A stretch of 52,461 nucleotides of DNA from positions 1 to 52,461 of the forward strand of contig JBFRWI010000072.1 of assembly GCA_051439505.1 (NCBI GenBank), read 5' to 3'. How positions within the stretch are numbered: position 1 is the stretch's first letter; each line of letters opens with the position of its first letter. The notes under the pieces were generated by a model. That model was not told the origin of the DNA, ran no database searches, and saw only the letters and a list, made by a program, of their open reading frames with translations. Made by a program: the position numbers and the translations under genes. Source of the DNA: Hormoscilla sp. (GTDB taxonomy: Bacteria > Cyanobacteriota > Cyanobacteriia > Cyanobacteriales > Desertifilaceae). This document shows positions 28,568 to 38,129 of this stretch, piece after piece.

Positions 28568-29311
28568 TTAGATTGCTAAGTAGCTAGCCAAATATATCCA
28601 GGGTAGTTCCAGTAAAGTCCGGTTATAGATACTGGTGATAAAACAGCGAACTGATAAGCCCGATCGACTGCCATTTATTTCTGCTAGTTGGTCGAGCACT
28701 GGTCGAAAGTAACGGTACATTACATAATTATGGCGACCAAACCAATTCATCTTAGAATCATAAGGGTCGTAAGCTAGCTTGGATGCTTCTCCATCCAGGT
28801 TACAATAAATTAGGTCTGCTTTATTCAAGCAAATCACAATATGGCGTGCCTGGGGACAATCGTTCTGAAAAAATTCTACCCACCGGTCAAACCTATTGCA
28901 CCACTGCTGCTGTGTCATGTGGTTATCCGGGTCCACAGAAGGCTGCAATATTTCCCGATAGGGAGGTACGATCAGGAGAATGCCCTCACTTTTGTGGAGT
29001 AACTGCTTGAAGCTATTCCACTCGTCAGTACGATCTGATTGCCATGACTTGCGGAAGATCTCACCCGGAGTATCTATCCAGTCTAGAGTAATTTGACTTG
29101 TGCCAGTAGGCAAGCGTACTTGCACATCTAGAGGACGAGTATAGGTATCTGCCGTCGGTCTAGCTGTACCATCTTCCAGCAGATTAGCCCTTAAATTATC
29201 GTAACTTTGATTGAGAAGAGAAACGCTGACATATTTGCCAGCCGGTTTGGCCAACTCCACCGCCAGGTGAGTTTTGCCAACATTGCGATCGCCTATATAA
29301 ACCACACCCAC
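28568..29311 (-). CDS. TRAFAC-like GTPase 1
   Basis: G1 GDRNVGKT, G3 DTPG, G4 NKAD; likely GTG start at 29311, 1 nt after the upstream stop. Confidence 0.88.
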   Translation of the reverse strand: MGVVYIGDRNVGKTHLAVELAKPAGKYVSVSLLNQSYDNLRANLLEDGTARPTADTYTRPLDVQVRLPTGTSQITLDWIDTPGEIFRKSWQSDRTDEWNSFKQLLHKSEGILLIVPPYREILQPSVDPDNHMTQQQWCNRFDRWVEFFQNDCPQARHIVICLNKADLIYCNLDGEASKLAYDPYDSKMNWFGRHNYVMYRYFRPVLDQLAEINGSRSGLSVRCFITSIYNRTLLELPWIYLASYLAI

Positions 29312-29312
29312 G

Positions 29313-29751
29313 TCACACCCCCTTGTATCTGGCACCAACCGGACATGAGGGTCTAGGCATCTGGCGGACAGTTGCTAGATAGTATAGCATAGCCAGTGTA
29401 TTTTTCCCAACCCCAGGATATCTACATTTTACATCATCTATTCTATAGCAGCAGATCTTTTTCTGCAATCCACGGGGCCCGACGGGAGTCAACTGCAGTC
29501 GCCTCCCACCCCAAAAACCTCCCTCAACCAACGCCTGGACAGGTTTCGACATTCGCGGCCCCAAGGATCTCCACTCCCCGACTGCCTCGCGCATCGTCAG
29601 GGCACATTCAGATGCACGGGCGCTAGCGCAGCGGCTGCGCAGCAGTTAGCATTCGGAGATAGTATTTGTCGTTTTCTGTCATAGTTTGTCGCTCCGCCCG
29701 CTTCGCCCCTACAGATATATTTGCGCAGCAGCAAGGTAGCACCCTCGCCAT
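29313..29751 (-). pseudogene. Probable disrupted Cys-containing first gene of the GTPase operon
   Basis: MARVLPCCCANISVGAK...QPLR* (TAG at 29623-29625), then frame-shifted AVGEWRSLGP...PSCPVGARYKGV*, whose stop abuts the GTPase 1 start. Confidence 0.55.
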
Positions 29752-30452
29752 TCGGATCCCCGTTCGTCGGTAATTCCATTTTTTCCCAAATTTAACATTT
29801 AGTATATATTTGGTTGTGGCACATCCTCTGGTACAATATATCTTCATGCTCCCAACTAGAGGACAACAACTATCCTACAACCGTTTTTCCGAGCGGGCGA
29901 TCGCCACCACCGAGTTCCGCTTTAAGGAATTCGATCCCGGTATTGCGTATTACCTTATAATACAAAACTGAGGGGGGGTATACCCCACAGTTATTCTAGG
30001 ACAGGGTTATGACTTGGGTTTTCCCACTCAGGCGATCGCGCTTTGTACCCACCGGTTCTGACCATATTACTACGAGCGCCCGCTCGGCATTGATGGCGAT
30101 CTTCTTCTAGGAAGGGAGCGAACTCCTCATGGCCAAGATTTTCTACCATAATATCCTGAAAAAGCAACTGATACCCTGAAAAAGCAACAATATCGTGCTT
30201 AAATAGAAAAGATAGTAGTAATGGGCAAAATCACTTAGATAATCGATAGATAAAATTTCTGTAGTTATGCGAGTTGTGCGAAAAATACATCCCAGAAAAC
30301 CCCGATTTTCTAGGGATAAATACTGATTTGAAAGGAGGTAGATAATAATGATGTTGCAGATAGTCGAACGACTAAGGGATAGGCGCCGGATTGAGAAGAT
30401 CGAGTATCTCTTGAGGAAAAGGAAAAGAAATCAGCATCTCTGGGGAAAAACC

Positions 30453-30881
30453 ATGAAAAAAATTCAGATGCAAACCGAAACAGATCTGAAAGCCTTAGAA
30501 ATGGTTTTGCAATGGTACGATCAGCTCGATAATCTCCCAATTCCCAAACGGGTTTGGATGGAGTGCCAACTGGCGCTAGCGGAAGGTTTTACTAACGCAG
30601 TTCGCCACGCCCATAAAGATCTGCCACAGTCAACTCTAATTGAACTGGAAATTAAGGTATTTGGCGATCGTTTAAGGATGAATATTTGGGACTTCGGAAA
30701 GCCATTTGACCTCCAGGCCCAAGTCCGCAAATCTCTGGCCAAAACCGAGGAAGCAAAAGTGGATGAGGTAGGAGGAAAAGGCTTGTTATTGTTGCAGCGG
30801 ATAGCAGATCGTCTCAGCTATAACCGCACTGATGATGGACGCAATTGTCTGGCGATCGTCAAGCATTTTTCAGAAGTTTGA
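30453..30881 (+). CDS. RsbW-like anti-sigma factor / HATPase_c protein
   Basis: LALAEGFTNAVRHAH, IWDFGKPFD, GGKGLLL; likely start 30453. Confidence 0.9.
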   Translation: MKKIQMQTETDLKALEMVLQWYDQLDNLPIPKRVWMECQLALAEGFTNAVRHAHKDLPQSTLIELEIKVFGDRLRMNIWDFGKPFDLQAQVRKSLAKTEEAKVDEVGGKGLLLLQRIADRLSYNRTDDGRNCLAIVKHFSEV

Positions 30882-30894
30882 TATGATTGCAAGA

Positions 30895-31078
30895 AGCAGC
30901 TCGGTATGAGCAAAAAACCTGGTTGATAGACTACGAGGCAGGCATTTCGGCAGTCATGAAGCTCAACTTGTCCGGGAATGCCCGGAACGCTAGCAACGCT
31001 ATGACATTAGCTTTCAGTCTCGTTCGATCCTAGAGCATTAAGCAAATATCGCCTCACCCAACTGCTGGGGCGTTTTTG
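30895..31078 (+). ncRNA. ssaA: 6S RNA (cyanobacterial SsaA)
   Basis: 5' AGCAGCTCGGT pairs with 3' ACCCAACTGCT; GCAAAAAACCTGGTTGA segment typical of cyanobacterial 6S; -10-like tatgat at 30882; terminal hairpin and T-run; about 185 nt. Confidence 0.82.
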
Positions 31079-31182
31079 CTGGACAACGCAATGTGGGTAA
31101 AGCCAATATCTGTCAGATCCTTCGCGTTTTCTCTATTAACAATTGCTCAATTAGCAATGAACCATTAGCCATTAGCTAATCA

Positions 31183-31971
31183 TTAAGCCCCCATGCCAGA
31201 ATAATGCTTCAACCCCCGCCGCCATAGCCAGCGATTTAAGCTATAGAATATCATTCCCCAGCCCAGCATCGTCATTAACCCGCGCGGCACATTCACTGGC
31301 AAACCCATTAAAATTGCGGCTGGGAAATGCAATAAATAGGGGAACGGCGTCCAAAGTGCTATCTCCCGCACCACCGGGGGAAACACCTCCAGGGGCGCGA
31401 TATAACCAGAGAGGAATATATACAACAAAAACCACAGTTGCTCGATCGCGCTTGCCCTCTCCGTCCAAAAGGCAAACATCGCCGAAGTATATTGAATCAA
31501 AAACCGGACGATAAAACCCAGGACAATTACTAGGACAAACAGCAGCAGATTGCCTAAAGTTGGTAACCAAAGTGCTTGGGGATAAAGGGCGAAAAATAAA
31601 CCCAGCGCCACCAGCAAAAACGGCGATCGGGCCACTCGTTCCGACAAGTGCTGCGCCACGTGACGCCAAACCGGGTCAATTGGCTGTAGCAGTTGCGGAG
31701 ATAATTTACCCTGCACCACTTCTTCTTCAAACTCCCAGATCACCCAGACAGCCGTCAATTGCCGCACGGTAAAAGCTGCGATAAAGTAACGGGCAAAATC
31801 AATTGGTGCTAACCCAAAGCGTCCCGAACCAGCCGCTTCCATCCAGATGCCCATCATAATTAAGGACATGCTGCCAGATAAAGTCCAGAAGAATAGTTCC
31901 GCCCGATATTCCAGCATCTCCGCGTAGTAAGTCACTAGCAACACCCTGGCTTTTCTAAGTATCTGGTTCAT
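31183..31971 (-). CDS. ABC-2 family transporter permease
   Basis: Six TM helices; EVVQGKLSPQLLQP; overlaps the ATPase stop. Confidence 0.9.
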   Translation of the reverse strand: MNQILRKARVLLVTYYAEMLEYRAELFFWTLSGSMSLIMMGIWMEAAGSGRFGLAPIDFARYFIAAFTVRQLTAVWVIWEFEEEVVQGKLSPQLLQPIDPVWRHVAQHLSERVARSPFLLVALGLFFALYPQALWLPTLGNLLLFVLVIVLGFIVRFLIQYTSAMFAFWTERASAIEQLWFLLYIFLSGYIAPLEVFPPVVREIALWTPFPYLLHFPAAILMGLPVNVPRGLMTMLGWGMIFYSLNRWLWRRGLKHYSGMGA

Positions 31972-32951
31972 GAGACAACTCCCGTTTGAAATACTTGCCC
32001 CACTACCTGTTCGATCGGGGGGTCCGTTACAGTCAAATCTGCTACATCCAACTCCGTCAGCAGTCGCGTCACGGTTTTAGTCAGTTTTTCCCTGCGCACC
32101 AGGAAACTCACCATTTGACACGTCACGGATTCGATCTCGCCATAATTAGATAACACTTCTTGGGGATACTCTTGGGCGAAGTCTACCTTCACCTCTCGAT
32201 AGGGAGCAAAGCGTTCCAACAGTCCCTCTAAAGATCCATCATAGACTAGCTGACCCGCATGAATCAATAGCACCCGCCGACAGAGGGCCGTGATATCTGC
32301 CATGTAATGACTTGTTAAGAGTACAGTCGCCTGATAGCGCTGATTGTACTCCCGCAAGAAGTCTCGCACGCTCGCCTGAGCATTAACATCCAGTCCCAGG
32401 GTAGGTTCGTCCAAAAACAGTACCTGGGGACGGTGCAACAGTGCCGCCAATAATTCCGCTTTCATCCGTTCCCCCAGAGAAAGTTTCCGCACTGGTTGAG
32501 TTAACTTTCCCTCCAGTGTTAGCATTTCTGTCAGTTCCCCGATCCGCACGCGAAACTCTCTTTCTGGGATATTGTAAACAGCAGCGTTAATTCTCAGAGA
32601 ATCCATTGCCGGCAAATCCCAGAGTAACTGCTGCTTTTGCCCCATCACCAAAGTTATTTTCCGCAAAAAAGCAGCTTGACGCCGAAAGGGAACGTGACCA
32701 GCAACTCTCACCTGACCGCTGGAGGGATGGATCAGACCCGCCAGCATTTTCAACGTCGTGGTCTTACCCGCCCCATTGGCACCCAAAAATCCCACTACCT
32801 CCCCCGCTGCGATGTCGAAGGAGACATTCCTAACAGCTTGGACATCTCGGTAGGTACGTTGCCAGAAGTGGCGCCATGTCCCCTGGAGTCCCGGTTCTTT
32901 GACAGCTACCGGATAGACCTTGCTCAGATCCTGAGCCATAATGCTCGGCAT
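31968..32951 (-). CDS. ABC transporter ATP-binding protein
   Basis: GANGAGKTT, LSLGERM, LFLDEPT, TSH. Confidence 0.95.
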   Translation of the reverse strand: MPSIMAQDLSKVYPVAVKEPGLQGTWRHFWQRTYRDVQAVRNVSFDIAAGEVVGFLGANGAGKTTTLKMLAGLIHPSSGQVRVAGHVPFRRQAAFLRKITLVMGQKQQLLWDLPAMDSLRINAAVYNIPEREFRVRIGELTEMLTLEGKLTQPVRKLSLGERMKAELLAALLHRPQVLFLDEPTLGLDVNAQASVRDFLREYNQRYQATVLLTSHYMADITALCRRVLLIHAGQLVYDGSLEGLLERFAPYREVKVDFAQEYPQEVLSNYGEIESVTCQMVSFLVRREKLTKTVTRLLTELDVADLTVTDPPIEQVVGQVFQTGVVS

Positions 32952-33120
32952 CAGCTTTACCTGTTACGATACTGATGCTATCCTACCTGAACTCTCGGTA
33001 TTATCGTCTCGCGAATCAGTCCCGATCGCGCAGCTGTTGTTTGGGTGAAAATGAACGCGGCTGACAACTGAAGTTACTTGAGCTACTCTAGTTATAAAGA
33101 GTCCTAGAAAAGGAGAAGGA

Positions 33121-33300
33121 ATGACTCAAGTAGTAGTAAGTGAAAATGAAGGCATCGATTCGGCTTTACGCCAGTTCAAGCGCGAAGTTTCCAAGGCGGG
33201 GATCTTGGCAGATGTCAAGTGCCGTCGCCATTTTGAAACTCCACCGGAGAAGCGCAAACGCAAGTTAGTTGCGGCCCGACGCAAACGGCGTTATTTTTAA
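33121..33300 (+). CDS. rpsU: 30S ribosomal protein S21 (absent from the ORF track)
   Basis: [61 protein letters not shown] aggag. Confidence 0.95.
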   Translation: MTQVVVSENEGIDSALRQFKREVSKAGILADVKCRRHFETPPEKRKRKLVAARRKRRYF

Positions 33301-33356
33301 TACCTCTACTTTTAGCTAGGTAACATTACTCTTTCGCGATCGATCGATCGCATGCA

Positions 33357-33386
33357 GGCGGACTTCTTCACAAGGCCCGCTTTTTT
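33357..33386 (+). terminator. Intrinsic terminator after rpsU
   Basis: gcggactt..aaggcccgc hairpin followed by tttttt. Confidence 0.5.
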
Positions 33387-33429
33387 GGCGCTGCCGGGTC
33401 GCCATCGTTACCACCGGTAGTTTGCATTA

Positions 33430-34881
33430 CTATTTGAGACCCAACGCTGCATTATAAATTTTCTCCGCCGCCTGCACCGACTCCCACAAATCTACCATTG
33501 GCTGCGGATAATCTACCCCGAGTCTCACATTATAGCGCCTCTGCTCTGCTGCTGACAATTTCCAAGGTTCATGGACTTTATTTGCGGGGATGTTCTGCAG
33601 TTCTGGTAGCCAATGCTTCACATATTCACCTTGGGGGTCGTAATTTTGCGACTGTTTCTGGATATTAAAATAGCGAAACCCCCGGGCATCATTTCCTACT
33701 CCAGCAGTATAATTCCAATTTCCCCAATTGCTACAAACATCATAGTCTATCAGCTGGGACTCGAACCACTCGGCACCCATCTGCCAATTTATCCCCAAAT
33801 TCTTTGTCAGAAAACTGGCCACGTTTTGTCTGCCTCTATTGGACATAAAACCAGTCGCTGCTAATTCTCGCATATTGGCATCTACTAGGGGAAAACCTGT
33901 CATCCCCTGTTGCCAAAGGGCAAATTGGGAAGGGTCTTCCTTCCAAGGGATGTTTATCCCTTGCAAACCAGATTTTCTAAATATTTTTTTGCCATGCTTG
34001 GCGCAGATAAAGCGGAAATAGTCTCGCCACATTAATTCAAAGACTAACCAATAGGTGGAATCATTTTTAATTCGCTGGCTTTCATATTCTTTTACTTGTT
34101 CGTATATGAACCGGGGCGAGAGACAACCATTAGCTAACCACGGAGAAAATTTAGATGAATAATTAGCCCCCAGCATCCCATTTCTGGTCTGTTTGTAGGC
34201 TTTCAGACAGTCCTGCTTCCAGAAATATTCCTCTAGTCGTTCTCGTCCGGCCCTTTCTCCCCCAGTAAATTGCATTACGGCCCGTCGATCCAGTACAGGG
34301 GGGTCAAATTTATCGGGCATTTCTCCTAATTCTATTCCTGCTGGCAGGGGTGGTAGATTGGTGGGAGTTGGTAAGCTGGGAGAAACTGTGGATTTTTTCT
34401 CAAGTTGCTTGCGAAACTGGGTGAATATTTCGGGAATTTGCCGAATGTTAAAGGGTAATTCTTCTGGGTGGTACAGAGTCGTTCCCCAAAAGGATTTGAC
34501 TTTGATTCCCACTCGTGCTAGGTTATGTTGAAGTGCTTCTTCTACTGCGATTTCTTCTGATGTGACTTCCTCATGAAAGTAGACGGCAGATATATTTAGT
34601 TCCAGGGCGATCGGGGGAATGACGGTTTCTGGCAAACCCCGCCGCAATAATAGGTCGCTGCCACGCGATCGCAGCTGTTCTCTCAACTCGGCTACACTTT
34701 CCCACAGAAAGAAAGCCCGAAATGCCCCGGTTTTGGGGAAGCCAAATGATGTAGTCCCGAACAGGCGATCGTCCCAAGAGTATAATGGGATAACATCAGC
34801 TTGGGCTGTCAGGGCGGCGTGCAGGGGCTGATGGTCGTGCAGGCGCAGGTCGTTGCGATACCAGATCAAAATGCGACTCAT
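33430..34881 (-). CDS. cry: Cryptochrome DASH
   Basis: WYRNDLRLHD, YKQTRNGMLG, SSKFSPWL, GFMSNRGRQNVASFL, GVGNDAR. Confidence 0.93.
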   Translation of the reverse strand: MSRILIWYRNDLRLHDHQPLHAALTAQADVIPLYSWDDRLFGTTSFGFPKTGAFRAFFLWESVAELREQLRSRGSDLLLRRGLPETVIPPIALELNISAVYFHEEVTSEEIAVEEALQHNLARVGIKVKSFWGTTLYHPEELPFNIRQIPEIFTQFRKQLEKKSTVSPSLPTPTNLPPLPAGIELGEMPDKFDPPVLDRRAVMQFTGGERAGRERLEEYFWKQDCLKAYKQTRNGMLGANYSSKFSPWLANGCLSPRFIYEQVKEYESQRIKNDSTYWLVFELMWRDYFRFICAKHGKKIFRKSGLQGINIPWKEDPSQFALWQQGMTGFPLVDANMRELAATGFMSNRGRQNVASFLTKNLGINWQMGAEWFESQLIDYDVCSNWGNWNYTAGVGNDARGFRYFNIQKQSQNYDPQGEYVKHWLPELQNIPANKVHEPWKLSAAEQRRYNVRLGVDYPQPMVDLWESVQAAEKIYNAALGLK

Positions 34882-34997
34882 AATAGTTTGCTGGTAATTT
34901 CGGGGATATGGACGATCGTACCACGGTAGCGATCTGTCAACGATCGAAAGTTTTAACCGACTAAGAAGATAATGCTTAAACTAATGGAAAATCATGA

Positions 34998-35297
34998 CTA
35001 TTCAGCTTCTGAAAAAAGAGCCTCTAAGTCACGGTAGCCACTTAGTAGACGCTCAACTTCTATTCCCTTTACAGCCGGACGGTAGAAGATGATGTAGTTC
35101 TCAAGTGGAAACCCTCGTAATGCAGGAGCTAGTTGACTATAACTGCGACCCATCGCCGGAAACCTGGCTATCATCTGGCATTGCTGCCGGAATGCCTGAA
35201 CAAAACGCCTTGCTGCTGCTGAGTTGTTGCGAGCAATGTAATCTTTAATTTCCTAATGGTCTTCTTTTGCTTGAGCGGTCAGAATATAATGGCTCAT
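34998..35297 (-). pseudogene. parE: ParE/RelE toxin with in-frame TAG at codon 15
   Basis: MSHYILTAQAKEDH*EIKDYIARNN...RFPAMGR...YIIFYR...LSGYRDL; ATGA overlap with the antitoxin; otherwise in frame. Confidence 0.85.
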
Positions 35298-35560
35298 TGT
35301 TGGGCTTGCTCCGCTTGGTCGATCTCTTCAAGCAGTTCTCTGACTACATCTTCTCCATCGAAAACTTCTCCTCGATCGCCTTGCTCAATGCCAATTGCAA
35401 TTTCCGCTCGCAGTTTATCGATGCGCATTTGGCGAATTCTGTCTTGTTGTTCGAGTAGTTGCAATGCAACAATAATCACTTCGCTGGCAGACTGATATTT
35501 GCCAGTATTGACTTTTTCTTGAACAAATTCCTCAAGTTCTGATGTCAGCAATACATTCAT
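35294..35560 (-). CDS. parD: ParD-like RHH antitoxin
   Basis: MNVLLTSELEEFVQEKVNTGKYQSASEVI...GIEQGDRG. Confidence 0.88.
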   Translation of the reverse strand: MNVLLTSELEEFVQEKVNTGKYQSASEVIIVALQLLEQQDRIRQMRIDKLRAEIAIGIEQGDRGEVFDGEDVVRELLEEIDQAEQAQQ

Positions 35561-35637
35561 GGTTGTATCTGTTCTGTTTGGGTTTTAATAATACCATTTT
35601 GCTAAATTAATGCTACAATTTATCAGCATTATTCTCC

Positions 35638-35692
35638 TAGTCGGTTTTAACCGACTTTAGCTTTTAGCCGGGGGTTTGAACCCCCGGCGGGC
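35638..35692. repeat. Double-hairpin REP-like repeat
   Basis: agtcggttttaaccgact-ttagctttta-gccgggggtttgaacccccggc. Confidence 0.8.
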
Positions 35693-35693
35693 T

Positions 35694-37376
35694 TTAGCTT
35701 TGACTAGCGATCGGCATCCGCCAGCCCGTCCCAAAGGCCCTCTGGGTAATCTTCAATCCTGGAGGTGCCTGTCGGCGCTTAAATTCTGCCCGCTTCACCA
35801 TTTTTATGATGCGGTTTACTGTGGCGCGATCGTGCCCTGCTGCCACAATTTTGTCCTCTGATTCATGGTTTTCAATCAAGCGATGGAGAATATCATCTAG
35901 GATATCGTAGGGCGGCAGGGAATCTTGGTCTACTTGTCCGGGTTTGAGTTCGGCGCTGGGGGCTTTGGTGAGAATGTTTTCGGGAATTACTTCCTTTTGA
36001 GACTTGGCATTTAGCCAGCGACATACGGAGTATACGCTGGTTTTAGGCAGATCGGATATGACGGCTAAACCTCCATTCATGTCTCCATATAAGGTACAAT
36101 ATCCTACTGCCATTTCTGATTTGTTCCCCGTTGATACCAGTAAATGTCCGAACTTGTTCGCGATCGCCATCAGCAGGTTCCCCCTGATGCGCGACTGAAT
36201 ATTCTCTTCTGCTACCCCTGATGTTGTTCCTGCGAACATTTTTTCTAACGTGCGATCGTAACTGGACATTGCCTCGCCAATGGGAATAGTTTCTGTCGTC
36301 ATTCCCAAATTATCTGCTAATAAGAGGGCATCTTTAACGGAATGGTCTGAACTGTAAGGTGAAGGCATCAAAACCCCCAGGACATTTTCCGGACCCACTG
36401 CTTCTGAGGCGATCGCGGCCACCAAGGAGGAATCTATGCCTCCACTCAAACCTAGCACAATTTTCCTGAAACCGCACTTGCGAGCATAATCCCGCACTCC
36501 CAGCACCAATGCCGACCAAATTTCCGCTTCCGAACATGCTGCCAATGGAGTTAACTGCACTGCCTCTGATGCTTCTAAGTCGAGGATTTGCTCGTTAAAT
36601 GAGATTACCATAAAATCCGGGGCAAATGCCTGAGCCCGACCCAGCAATTCTCCTTTCCCGTTCAATGCCAAACTGCTGCCATCAAAAACTATGTCGTCAT
36701 TCCCTCCCACTTGGTTCACGTAGATTATTGGTTTCTGATAACCCTTGGCACTATGTTGCAGCATTGCTTCCCGTAATTGCTGCTTGTTAATGCTGTAGGG
36801 GGACGCTGACAAATTGACTACCACATCTACACCCAGTTTACTCAAATCCGCGATCGGGTTTTCCTCGTAACTCCTTTTCCCCCAAAACTCCTCATCGTTC
36901 CACATATCTTCGCAAATAGTTACCCCGATCTTGATTTCCTTCTCCTGTGAGATGGTAAAATATTTACTTGTCACCGCAGATTGAAAATAACGGTTTTCGT
37001 CAAACACATCGTAAGTCGGCAGCAGACGCTTGTGAAACATTTGTTCGACTTTCCCATTTCGCAGGAGGGCAATACTATTAAATAGAGGTTTACCGCCATC
37101 TTTTGGTGCTTCTGTATTGCGCGTTACCGTTCCCACCAAAACTGCCAATGCTGGCGGCAATTTTACGGCCAGTGCTTGTAAACTGGCATTCATCGCCTCT
37201 ACAAAAGAGTCTTGCATTAACAAATCTCGCGGTGGATAACCACACAAAGATAATTCTGGCGTCAGCAAGATTTGGCAATTCACGTCAGCTGCCATTTTGG
37301 CGGCATCTATTATCAACTGGGAATTGCCTGTAATATCACCAATGGTCGGATTTAGTTGGGCGATCGCAATTTTCAT
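35694..37376 (-). CDS. nadE: Glutamine-dependent NAD+ synthetase
   Basis: Nitrilase domain (PELSLCGY, KRLLP, ICED), SGGIDS, ENIQSR, TGNKSE. Confidence 0.97.
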   Translation of the reverse strand: MKIAIAQLNPTIGDITGNSQLIIDAAKMAADVNCQILLTPELSLCGYPPRDLLMQDSFVEAMNASLQALAVKLPPALAVLVGTVTRNTEAPKDGGKPLFNSIALLRNGKVEQMFHKRLLPTYDVFDENRYFQSAVTSKYFTISQEKEIKIGVTICEDMWNDEEFWGKRSYEENPIADLSKLGVDVVVNLSASPYSINKQQLREAMLQHSAKGYQKPIIYVNQVGGNDDIVFDGSSLALNGKGELLGRAQAFAPDFMVISFNEQILDLEASEAVQLTPLAACSEAEIWSALVLGVRDYARKCGFRKIVLGLSGGIDSSLVAAIASEAVGPENVLGVLMPSPYSSDHSVKDALLLADNLGMTTETIPIGEAMSSYDRTLEKMFAGTTSGVAEENIQSRIRGNLLMAIANKFGHLLVSTGNKSEMAVGYCTLYGDMNGGLAVISDLPKTSVYSVCRWLNAKSQKEVIPENILTKAPSAELKPGQVDQDSLPPYDILDDILHRLIENHESEDKIVAAGHDRATVNRIIKMVKRAEFKRRQAPPGLKITQRAFGTGWRMPIASQS

Positions 37377-37397
37377 CTCCTTTAATTTTCCCGATTT

Positions 37398-38129
37398 CTA
37401 AATGAATAGCAAAGGTTTATCCTTAAATTCGGCAAACGCTTCCGCATCAAAGCGGTAGAGACTAGCTGGTCGTCCCGCACCGCGAGAAGCTTTCATACCA
37501 GTATCGCACAAGAAACCATATTTGAGCAAGCGGGAGCGGAAATTAGAATAATCGGAGAAATTTTCCCCTAAAACCGTGGTATAAAGTTGGTAAAGGTCGC
37601 TGAGAGTAAAAAGTTCCGGCAACACGTCAAATGCCACCGGGCTATATTCTAGTTTAGCACGCAGGCGTCTGTAACCATACTGCAAAATGTTGTTATGATC
37701 GAAGGCTAATTGGGGTACTTGCTCGATCGGATGCCAAGAAATTTTCCCCGGCCCCCTGGGGGTCAGTTCCGCCAGATCCAACCGCACCAGGGCAAAGTGA
37801 CTTACGGACAGGTAACGCACCCCTTCTACAGATTCTCTGGGGTCCCGCCCGGGATTACCAAAGCTGTAAAGTTGCTCTAAATAAAGATTCTGCACCCGAA
37901 TTTTATCTGCTAAAGTTCGATAAGCAGCGTCTTCCAATGATTCTCCCTGACGGACCAGGGTTCTGGGCAAATTCCACTGGTGGCGAAAGGGTTCTCTTTC
38001 TCGCATCACCAGCAGGACTAACAGGCGGTTTTGGGCGGTATCCACGGAAAAAATTACATTATCTACCCCCACCTTGAAGTTAGCTAAGGGTTCTTTGTTT
38101 GCTGGCTTGCTGCTGTCTGCTAACATCAT
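37398..38129 (-). CDS. nrtR: Nudix-related transcriptional regulator NrtR
   Basis: Degenerate Nudix domain, LAFDH, wHTH NFRSRL..GRPASLYRF; located in the NAD operon. Confidence 0.92.
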   Translation of the reverse strand: MMLADSSKPANKEPLANFKVGVDNVIFSVDTAQNRLLVLLVMREREPFRHQWNLPRTLVRQGESLEDAAYRTLADKIRVQNLYLEQLYSFGNPGRDPRESVEGVRYLSVSHFALVRLDLAELTPRGPGKISWHPIEQVPQLAFDHNNILQYGYRRLRAKLEYSPVAFDVLPELFTLSDLYQLYTTVLGENFSDYSNFRSRLLKYGFLCDTGMKASRGAGRPASLYRFDAEAFAEFKDKPLLFI

